Shown here: in pieces, positions 28,501 through 40,500 of the stretch | How the letters are laid out: each line of letters opens with the position of its first letter | Position numbering within the stretch: the stretch's first letter is position 1 | DNA from: Bugula neritina | Lineage: Eukaryota; Animalia; Bryozoa | DNA: 64,000 bases | Assembly (NCBI GenBank): GCA_964035545.1 | Contig: OZ037766.1 | Span: forward strand, 5,198,722 to 5,262,721 | Direction of reading: 5' to 3' | Program-made: the position numbers and the translations under genes | Notes under the pieces: model-generated | Told to the model about the DNA's origin: nothing | The model's database searches: none | What the model saw: only the letters and a program-made list of their open reading frames with translations

Positions 28501-31500
28501 GTATTATGTATATAGTAGGGTGTATATAATATAATATATGTAGTGTAATTATGTAGTATAGTATATTATGCACTCACAGATTCCAGGTGTGGAATGTAAC
28601 AACTCATAAGAATGTACTGCACTCTCATAAAGCAAGTATAATATATCTCATAATAATAATATGTAAATACATACACCTTCTGAGTCACCTCTCCATTGTA
28701 ACTAGATCACTAGTGAGTAGTAGAAAGTTCAATATAGTTTTTTATGTAAGGACTGCTTTCACACCTGTTGTAAATCCTAAGAAAGACATAGTTATCTGTT
28801 AGCTAAGACAGCTAAACAATTATTATCCAAACTGATTTAGACTGAAGCTTTAGAAACCCAAACTTTTAGAGTTACACAGGCTATCTTTGCTGAGTCTTCT
28901 AGTGAAAAGGTTAAGCTTTTTGTGGTTTGAAGTACTCAAGACTTGACTATTTTGAAAGTCAGTTTTAAAGAGTACAACAGCAATGTTACTCCAGGACAAA
29001 ATAGTTTTAGTCATTGAGTTCCACCAATAGTACCATTACCTCCCACACATTACTAATACTCATCACAAACTACACAGCATGCATTTGCTGTAGCAAGACA
29101 TTACATTAGCCTCAGTGTTAATACAAATATAAGTTTCAGTTTGAGGAGTAGAGAACTCCCTCCTGTATCTAAAGTTGTATTGCTCTAGACTACAGCTGTG
29201 ACTGGTTCTCAATCAGTAGCCTACATATTGTAACACTAAGTTGACAAATAGGGTAATAGGGTTACAATAAATAATCAATGATGCATTCACTACTTATGTG
29301 ATGGAGCATGTAAATTGCATAGAATTTATTTGTATTGACAGCATTTTAATCAGTGCTAAGGCCAAATTATTCTAATATAAACAGTATATATCGGGGCTTA
29401 TGGCATAGTTTATTCAAGACTGAAGGCCTTATGTAACTGTGCTACTTACTGTATATTAATATTGTTATATAACTTGCTATGGTTACAGTGATGTTGCTAT
29501 TGGAATCAGATCTCTCTGGAAATGACTCATAATTTGCACTTTACTTCTCTGGCGGTCACCATCTATCAGCCAGCTTTCTGGTATCTCAAACTGTATATAA
29601 TGTTTTATGATTGACATGATGTGAATATTGTACATTACATATGCTACATAGTAACATATCTGAATAATATATATGCAGTGGAATAGTACACCTAGTAACA
29701 GTCTATGACAATACAGCTTCTTATATTTTGAGACATCAACACAATGCCTATGTTAGGATTCATCCTTACATTCACCTTTAATCTTTTCCTTATAGTTACT
29801 ATGAAGCTACTGCAGAAATCAGTGTGTGGTCTATTTTTATTCCACTCTTCTGTTCATAGTCACTGCGTTTCCATTCACTGCGTTTCCATGAAGGCGAATG
29901 GATGCGTACGGATGCCCGTACGGATTACATCGAAGGAAAAACCACACGTTCCTATGCAATCCGTACGAAGTTATCTTCTCTTTGCAGCTGTGACGGCTGA
30001 ACTAAAATAATAATTAATATGGCCAACTTTGAGTTTGAGATCATGCACAACGACAATTTTTTAATTCTGTCCCCATTTTTGATAGATTAAATCAACTAAA
30101 TACACAAACTTTGAGTCAGTTTATTTAAAATAAAAAAAACATAAACCGATGAAAGCATAAAGAATTTCCTGATCGATAAACTAAAGCTTAAAAGTAATTT
30201 AAATTTTCAAAATGAAAATAGCTGTCAACTTATTTTTAGCTCGAGAAAGCTTTGGCTTACGGAATAGTTTTACAAATTTAAGATGATTAGTAATTATTCT
30301 AAATAATGGCAGCTAGGATAAATAAAATAATTTAAATTTTTAAAAGTCGAAGTACACTTTAGCGTAGGTTGTAACTTATAATTGTTGTTTACATCGCGTA
30401 ACTATGTAACTAGCCGCCACAAATGCTGATCTCTGCCTCCGACACAAAAGGTTTCATTCGATTTAACCGAATGAACCATTTCCATGATGCGCATAATGCG
30501 AAGGAAAATTTTCATCGAAGGAGCCGTTCGGTGTAATTTCCGGCTGCGGTTTTGCTTCGATGCAACTGTTTCCATAGGGCGAATGAGAAAATCCATTCGC
30601 ATAATGCGATAATGGAAACGCAGTGAATATCGCATTATGCGAATGGATTTTTTCATTCGGCTAATGGAAACAGTTACATCGGATGAAACCGCAACTATAA
30701 GGTAATGCAAACCACAAACCACAAATAATCCGTACGAAGCATTCATTCGCATTATGCGCAGTCATGGAAACGCAGTGAGTGTATATAATGTGCATTGGCC
30801 TTTAAATTAGCTGTAAGTTTACAGTATTTACATGTGAACACTACTTTGTATCTTACTGCATGCATAATATATATTCCTACACAAATCTTATGGCATCTGC
30901 ACATGTATATGTAGGACATTAATTTTGATATATTTGTTGCAAAATAGAATTCAGACAGACAGGGGAAACCTGTTTAGATTGGTTGCCAGGGAAACCACCA
31001 AACTTCTAATGGAACTTGCTATAGGCATAACTTTCTACTAATCAGTGAATTTCCTTTGAGTTGTGATTGAGTTACCACTGCATTATGTAAATGCCAAAGC
31101 TTTGGCTGTATATCCTCCTTTCCATTTGCAGTGCTTTAATCTTCAGATACCTCTATTACATTACTATTACCACCCAAGGTTGTGCTTAGCCTCAATACCT
31201 TAGCCTATATACAATTATATTATTGCAATGCTTAATTATATATATGCTTAGCACTGCAATGTTCAAAACTCCATTTGATTTCCTATAACAGAGTTGGCAG
31301 TTATCTTATTAAACGGCTAATTTGTTGTAATTTTGTACTGTTTTTATACGAAGCTTAAATAAACATGTTTTTGAAATATAAGAGACTTAAATATCTTGCC
31401 TTGAATTTAAATTAGCAATTCTATTTTGGTATGCCAGCTAGACTTTTAGGAGCAAATATTGCTGTCGCTGCCACATCATGATTGTTTTGCTGAAGTATGT

Positions 31501-34500
31501 AGTTGAGTTCCAGTAGCTGGTGTTTATAATTGCTCCTTAAATATAGGTCTATTGATTTCTCAAGCACCAAGTGAAGGTTGCAGCTATATAGTTTATTTAC
31601 TTCCAGTATACTTACAGTGTACGCTGGTATAGTAAACACTATACATGGTGGAGAATGCATTTAATAATTCTAAGTTAAGAGAAAATTAATTATTTGTAAT
31701 GCATGTTTCAAGAGTTGTAAAGTTTTATGTATAGAAGCTGAACAAATTGCTTTGACCCCATAAACCGGGGATATACTAAATCAGATGCCTTAGTCATGTG
31801 AAGTTATCTATCCTCTATGACTGGAAAACAAAAAAATTAAAGTTTAGCAAAGCTAACAAGTAAATGTTAATATCTATTTCACCACTCTAATATACTTGCA
31901 GTCACAAAATAGGCTTATTACAGTCTCAAAACCAGGCCATGTAGAAACTGGTTGTATGGATGCTTCATTTTTCTCTACATTATCTGCTGCTACGTAATTT
32001 CCCCCATCTGTTTCCAGGTGACAGATGTGGTGCTGCCGGGTCAGCATGAGAGGTCAGTCAGACAATCACTCCTACAATGGAGTCAGCAGACAGTCTCAGG
32101 GTATCCAATCAAAGTCACTGATTTCTCCAGGTGCTGGAGGGATGGCAAGGCGTTCCTCTATGTCATACACAGAAACAGGTGGGCCTCAGCTATTCAAGTC
32201 TTAGAACTGCAGGCTATATGTGACTGTGGCTTGACTGAATGATTCAATAAGCAGCTCAGAGTTGAGGCCCCCAACTCTGAGCTGCTTATAGTGTGACTAG
32301 TTAAAGGTGGAATAAATATATAGGTGGGAGTTGTCTGACCCAAATCTCTATCATCTCAAACTTATTACTTCCATTCAATTGTTTAATTTTGCAAATTTAA
32401 TTATAATTAACAATTTATATCTTGCACAGGCTTATCAAATTTAAACAGAAATCTGCTAACTACTACGCTGTCTCTATATGCTATAGTATAGTTCATATCC
32501 TTGTGTTGCAAATTAATGACAGTTGGGTTTATCTTAAGCAAAAACCCAGATGTTGTTTTTGCCCGGCATTGTTATTACAATATTTTGTTAAGGTTTAGAA
32601 TACACACACAGTACAAAGAGAGCTGCATGTCTAGAGTGTGAATAATTCACCTAATCTTATCACTTATCAGCTAATATTTGTTATTAGCTAATGATATTTA
32701 GGTTATACAAATACTAGAAATGTATTATTTACCTATATTTTAGAGTGTTGATTGTTTCAATTTTCATTCTGAAAAGCTAAAGACATTTGCAGTGATATGT
32801 GTAGTATAGAGATTATGTAATTACCAGTATTCTTACATATATCTGTCTATCTTTTATATACTCTTATACTAATTACACTAATATTAACTATGTTATTATA
32901 TTACTTTAACAGCCCTTGTGAGTTTTGTTCTTCATAAAAATGTTTATTTGTTCTATATTGGAATATACTTTTATAATAAATCGGTTTTGGTTGCCCGAAA
33001 AGTTGTTAGAATTTATATTCAGAGTTTTGGAAAAGAGAAGACAACTTACAACTTAAATTTGTAATGGTGTATTTCTCTGTGATTTACTAATAATAGCATT
33101 GTACCTATATTTCTCCTGTACCTATATTACTAATATGTTACTAATATACCTGTTTTATTATATACAGTTATGCCCTTATATAAGACTACAATGCCATTTA
33201 TTAGCATTACGGAAGCTGCTGTATTGTCTATATCTCTAAATAAAGCATGTATGAAATTCTCCATGTAAGAAGTAGAAGTTCTAGATGCGTATATGTTGTG
33301 AAAGTAAAATCCTAAAGCACTCAACTACGAAGTTGAGTTTAACTGGTGTGGTATTATAAAGTCATACATCAACTGTCCAAATTTACGGATGATTTTTTGG
33401 CAAAACTTATAAAAATCATAGATGTCAAAACTTGAATAAAACAACTTAAACTAAGCAACTTAAGTAACTTAAATGAAGCAACTCAAATAAAGCTACTTGA
33501 ATAAAGCAACTTAAATAAAGCAACATAAATAAAGTAACTTATTTAAAGCAACTTAAATAGCATTTACTAATATTTTAGACCAGAGCTTGTGAACATGCGG
33601 CTGGTTGCTTCCAACACTCCTCAAGAAAACCTTGAACTTGCCTTTTCCACTGCTGAAAAAGAACTTGGTGTAACTCGACTGCTTGACCCTGAAGGTGAGT
33701 TTATAGAAGATGTATTTCCTTGTGTAAACCTGTGATCTGATAGTAAACCTGTGTTCTGATAGTAAACCTGTGACCTGATAGCATACCTGTGACCTGATAG
33801 TAAACCTGTGACCTGATAGTAAACCTGTGACCTGATAGCATACCTGTGACCTGATAGTAAACCTGTGACCTGATAGTAAACCTGTGACCTGATAGTAAAC
33901 CTGTGGTCTGATAGTAAACCTGTGATCTGATAGTATACCTGTGACCTGATAGTAAACCTGTGACCTGGTAGTAAACCTGTGGTCTGATAGTATACCTGTG
34001 ATCTGATAGTAAACCTGTGGTCTGACAGTAAACCTGTGATCAGATAGTAAACCTGTGGTCTGATAGTAAACCTGTGACCTGATAGTAAACCTGTGACCTG
34101 ATAGTAAACCTGTGATAGTTAAGTTGCACTCATCACCTGGGTCTGGTAGTGGGTTTCATAAATCACAAAGGGTTGTGTTGCTGCTGCGCCAAAATTATTC
34201 TAAAATTTGAAATTAAGCAAGGTACAAAATAATGTTTTGTTATTATTACTATTGTGTCTTAACAACTTAGAAACCAACTAACTCCAGTCTACTGTTGGCA
34301 TATAATATTATTAATAGTATGACCTATGGCCCTTGTTTTTAATTTGTATATATAATCTATTAAAAATATAAGCCATATTGTTAAATTTCTTATAATCTAA
34401 ACTTTGTTGTAGATATGCTAGTGGAGCAGCCTGATGAGAAATCAGTGATAACTTATGTAGCATCTCTCTATAACGTCTTCCCTTTACCTTCTCCTAGTAA

Positions 34501-37500
34501 ACCTGTTCGGGACAATGTGAGTCTATACTGTGTCACATGTACTGTGTCACATATACTGTGTCACATGTACTGTGTCACATGTACTGTGTCACATATACTG
34601 TGTCACATATACTGTGTCACATATACTGTGTCACATGTACTGTGTCACATATACTGTGTCACATGTACTATGTCACATATACTGTGTCACATGTACTGTG
34701 TCACATGTACTGTGTCCTACCTGGTATTATATCTCGTTTAGTTCATACATGTTGGTACATACATATACATACATGTATGTAATGCTTTATATTGGCATTT
34801 GAGCTTTTATTAAAACTCTCTTTAGTCTTTCTTGTCTTGGATATGCTAAGACATTTCATTTAAACCCATTTATTTTTAGTCTCACTGTTTATAACTTCAA
34901 AAGCGGCATAAACAAATTCACAAATAGAAGTTATAACCTTATGTTTACATACTCTTGGATGTTGTATTGTGTTGTGTTTAGCATACAATTTATTATTTTA
35001 CCTATAGGACTTGGCCTTGAAGACATCAGAGTACGAGGATCTGGCCAAACCTCTGCTGCTGTGGCTCAAGGAAAAGACAAGTCATTGCGTCACTGGAGAA
35101 TTTTCACCTACTTTAGTAGAAGTTAAGGTACTACATTCTCTTTGAACCTCAATTACCATGGCATTTAAAAAAAATCGTCTACTTAAAAAGCAGTTAATTC
35201 ATCAGCTGGCATTATTGGGAATTTTTTGCCTTAAAAGTCTTATAAAGCTGTTGCCAATTGCTTGTCATTGGCAATTCACTCACTAATCAATAGTGGTGCT
35301 CAAAAGTGTACCGTTGAGTTGATAAATTGGAAGTGAAATTGTTAATTTATTGTACAATTTATTTTGGTTGCTAGAGGGCATGAGATCTAGCTGATGCAAA
35401 TTTTGAGTGCGTTTGCAGTTAGTTATAACATCGTAAAGAATGTTATTTCATAGGTAGATACTGCCTATAAATAGATGTGAATGAAAATTGCAAAAAAGTA
35501 AAATGAATTTGCTTTTTAATCATATCTTTTGATTGATAAAATCATGCAATGTCAAATTAATTGAGCTCAAAAAATGCCAGCCACCAGGATTGGCAGTTGC
35601 CGAAACCCGGGATCGAACCAGGGACCTTTAGATCTTCAGTCTAACGCTCTCCCAACTGAGCTATTTCGGCTGGTGCTTTACGAGGCCGTTAAATATGATT
35701 CGATAACTCCAAACGTTTATTTGTCAACTGTGGACTATGGCACGAGCATTGTTTATTTGTCGAAGCATATCTGTTGATATCTGTAATGACATGTGTTTTA
35801 TTGCGCAACAACTTACCCACAGGCTGTATAAAATATAGAGTGGTTTTAGTAGTGATGACTGTATTGAAAGTTATGCTGTTAACTAATGCCTAGTAATATG
35901 ATTTATATTAGAGTGATCTCACTGAGTTTCAAAAATTCCGTTCTGAAGACATTCCTGCAAAACTAGCTAACAAAAGGAGACTAGAAATACTCTTTTATGA
36001 AATTGAGGTAAGGCTTCTAGAAAATAATATTTTAATAGAAGTTAGGCTTAGGGGAAATTAACTTTGTGATTTGCACTTTTATTTAAAATTTAAACGCTTT
36101 TCTCATTTCTGTATAAGCTTGTCATAGAACTATACTTCTGAAATATATTGTTAGTTTCCTTTGTTGTTGGATGCCCTTATTTATTTTTTTTACTGTTTAG
36201 CTAAATATTATGATACTTGGTTAGTTAATTGTTTATTCTAGTTGTTAAAATGTTAAATTTGCTTATTTTTATTTATTCAACAATTATGAAAAATTTACAG
36301 AAATGAGAAAAAATAGCAAAAAACCATATATTAATATAATGTTTAAGCATTTATTGGTTGTTGATGCATTAATCCACCTAAATAATTATCTATGGAAACA
36401 TATCAATTTTCAATGACTAAACTTATGAATATGAGAGCACTGCTATCATATTTATGGCTGTTAATTCATCTCGAAATCTGTTATGATTTTAGCATCTCAA
36501 ATCTTCTCCGGTAAGGATTCAGTGCAACACTTTGTCCTTGTTATTGTGTTATATGCTTTGCATGTTCTTTTGGTTGTCTCCCTCTGTTGCTTCTGTTGTC
36601 ACAACATAGTAGAGAAAAGTGTGTTCCCTCAAGTGTAGGATAGGGCAATTCCAAATATGCCGATCCTTACACCTTTTACCTGTATGGAGTCTTTTCCTCA
36701 GTTGCTATATGATTTGTGCCTATTTCACCACAATGATGCAGTTGAAGTGTATTGAAAAAGATCATATTTTCATTTAATACCTTTATTTGTGATAAATCGT
36801 TGACGTTTTGCTGAAAAATAAATTTGCATGGTATTTATTCTAATAAAACTGTTCCTTTTTATCAAATTTTGAGACCTTATCATGAGCTGGAATATTTTAG
36901 AACATGATAGGACAATTTCCTCTAGATGAGCAAATCCACATAGACAGCTTGACGCAGTTGTGGGACAAGTTTGCATCTGTAGTTGATGATCGAGAGCAGG
37001 CCTTGCTAGCCGAGGTTGCTCGTCTGCAAAGGCTTCAGAAGTTAGCCGAGAAAGTTCACAAAGATACAAAGCGGTGTGAGGGTTACCTCTCAGACGTGGA
37101 GCAGCGACTCAATGAGGTCAGCGTTATACTGCTGCTGCCCGTCAAAATGTTTTAGGATAAACGACCGGTCCCCATATCTAATGTTTTCAGCTGGAGATGG
37201 CAAAATAGCATAAAATTGATAAACTAATGACTAATGAAATTACATCATAGGCTTAATTTGTTTTTTTATGACAGTCTTTTGAGCTCTATGAGCTTAGTAT
37301 AGAGCTCATAGCTGGCTCTGCATATGACTATATGTAGATGATTAGCTTTAAACTGTTTATATTCATATTGTTTATTTGCTACTAAATTGAGTCAGCTCAT
37401 ATAAATTAGTATGCTCTTGGGTTTTTATATCAAAAAGTTGTTTTTTTTAACTTACAATATTTTGTCTTCAGACCAATTTTATTCTACTGATTCTTAATCT

Positions 37501-40500
37501 GGCCTCAGATTGTCTCTATGACAGCCTGCTGTTGCATAATTCTGTATCTTGTGTTCCTGCTAATGAAACTTTGTGTCCTACACTTCAGGAGTTGTCCCGC
37601 TATGAGACAATCCACCCTCTGGATGCCAAGAACAACTGTGAGGCTCTACAGGAGATACTGAGTAAAATAGACACTCACATACAAACTGAGCTCACTGATG
37701 TGCAGAACCTGAAGGATGGCAAATATCACCAGGCTGATAGCATGTATAAGAGGTATGTGTCCGACAGCAATAGCCTTAGCTGGTACTTGGAAAGGCTTAT
37801 GTTTTGTCACCTTTTTAATAGCATTTTACTGAATGTACTTTTAGTGGTACACTGTGAATTAACAGCTTATACTGTATTTTGTTGAATAAATTATATTGGT
37901 ATGTTATTGTAGTATTTGACATGATTTATATAAATAATATATTGTATTGTTTATATAATTTTGGTCTAGTGTACATTATATTGTAATATATGTTATAGTT
38001 AATCATGTTTTAGGCTGCATTCCAACATGTATTATGTTAAATTTAAATGTATCGTACTGTAGATTATATTATACGTTATGTTTAATTATATTCTAGTGTA
38101 CTTTATACTGTGTTGTAGAGTTCTGTCTGTGCATCAGAGACTGGAAGATTTGAGGAATAAGTTGCAAACTGAACTTATGCCAAAAATACGAGCTGTAGGA
38201 CCTGCAGAAATAAGGCTAAGCACCTCTGCATCTGGGGGGAGTTTGATATCCCCCCATGCTCGCTCTTCTTCTAGGTACTTAGTCTGCATTGCAATAATGC
38301 TATTATGACATCACTTCCTGATATACTCGTATCATATATTACACACTGTACAAAATATCTTTATGTTACAAAGCATAAATATTATCGGCTATACAATGTT
38401 ATATTATTATTTATGTTGTATTATATTTGCAGTGGTAGTAGTACCCCACAGAGTGCAGCTGTACCTAGCTCGGTGTCTCCTAGTCTTAGACAGACTACCG
38501 GGATATTTGCTGCCTCATACGGCAGCACATATGACACTAGCTCTCTGTCATCACCTAACAGTAACACCTACTCGTCTAGCACTAGCTTAGTGATCAACAG
38601 AGTGCCTGTTAATGGTACCCCACTCTCTCACAACCTCAGTGTTTCAACCTCCACATCGGGGACAGAACTTCTCAAGGAGTGTATTGAATGGGTGGAAAAC
38701 AGGCGGGTATGTCAGCGACTTAATGTAAAATATATGTTAGCGTCTTTTCTGCTCAACAAGCTAATATAAAATGTAAAACATTAAACAGTGTTAAACCAAC
38801 TGTCTAAGGAGCAAGCTGTGTTTTAAAATTCATTATATTTTTTATTGTTCCACACTGTAATTTTGCTGCTTTGGCTAGTTCAAGTTTTCCTTTAAATATT
38901 AATGCCCCAGAATTGCTATTATTACCATTTGTTGACATTGTTTACATTGAATATTATTTGGAGTTCTTTCTTCATGATTGCTGCTTATTGACAGAAACTA
39001 TTGGACCTCTCAGCCTTAGAACTCACTAGTGTTGACAAACTAGAGAAAACTGTGACTAGACTCAGGGCTGATCACGAGAGTGTCAAGAGTTTCAAGCTCA
39101 GAGTTGATGCTTGCCATGAAGCTAGGAGCAGACTGCCCAGTGATGAGATGCAGGCCTTTACTCAATGGCTCTCTAGAATTGATGAGGCGTATGCTAGTAT
39201 CCTCGTAAGTATAACTTATAAAACAGATTTCAATTCATTCATTATACTTTATACACATTGCTATAAGACCTTTTTAATATTGCTGTTGTTTTTTTTAACA
39301 GGCATATTGCAACTAATCATGACCAAGTTTGTTTTTTCTCAACATTCATTGTGATAATAACATAATTTCTGATTTCTATTGTGGAAACGCATTCTTGAAG
39401 TTTTTAACAATTTAGGTTTGAAGATGACTAAATATATACGTGTGTCAATTTTGCTTGTCTATTAAACCCTGATAACTGGCATAATCATGTGATCAGATGT
39501 GATTAAGTAGAACACAAGTTTCTCATTTGTCACTTTAGGGAATATCAGGTCGCCAGCTAAAAGAGTGCGAAATGCTACTCGAGTTTGTTAGAGACTCGAG
39601 TTACGAATTGAAATGGCTGAACGAGAAAGAGGAAGAAGAATTAACAAGAAACTGGAACGCCACGACCATGAGTGCAGAAGTGATTACCGAGCATTTTCAG
39701 GTAAAATTTCTACTGCAACTACAAACCACCTGCGCGTTAATAATATATATGAATTAGTGAATAACTCTACGTACATGTAGATATATCTCTTTCTCAGGTA
39801 AGAACAAGCGATCTCTATATAGATCTATATAGACTTACTTGTATATGATAAGGAATAAAGGTAGTTTTGCTGTAAGAAAATGTTTTGTTTTGTAACGTTG
39901 AAAATAATTTCTGTGAAACTCAGTCAATACTAACTCTAACATCTCACCATTATAACTTATACAAGATTCTGTTTGACTACATAATGCATAAGGCTGATTA
40001 ATAATTTATTTCATATCTTGAATTTATGAGTCTTGAGTTAGTTTTTCAATATTTCTAAATTAAATATTTAAAAACTGCAATTAAACATTAAATGTCTAAG
40101 TTGGTAGGTTATAATCCTATGTATATATAGCCTACTGAATGATTTGCAGGTGTTTTTATGGAAGAGAAAGGTACACGAATGTAGTTACATACTTTATTCA
40201 CATCCCGCTATCTAACAACCTGTTCATACTGCACACCATAGCCTGCCTGCTCTGCTCTCCATTATTAACAACTCAAAAACATGTTATTTTAATTGATATT
40301 TTAATCTTTCTGTAAATGATAACGATATCTGTATTACCGGCGTGTAATATTATAATGAAATTGGCAATAGAATGTAGTATTTGAATAACTTCATATTTCG
40401 ACAGAATGACACTAAAGCAGGATTTTGCTAAACAATATTAGAAAACACAGTTGAACTTACTTAAACCCAACTTACTTTACCTACTTCAACCTACATATAG

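Noticed and set aside
30402-30752. 116-aa ORF as a transposase
   Set aside because: Spans palindromic MITE ends and has no DDE or other transposase motif.
33724-34115. CRISPR-like regular repeat
   Set aside because: No unique spacers, eukaryotic intron and no cas genes: a minisatellite.
34530-34802. Cys/His-rich ORFs in three frames
   Set aside because: Artefact of a stop-free 14-bp tandem repeat.
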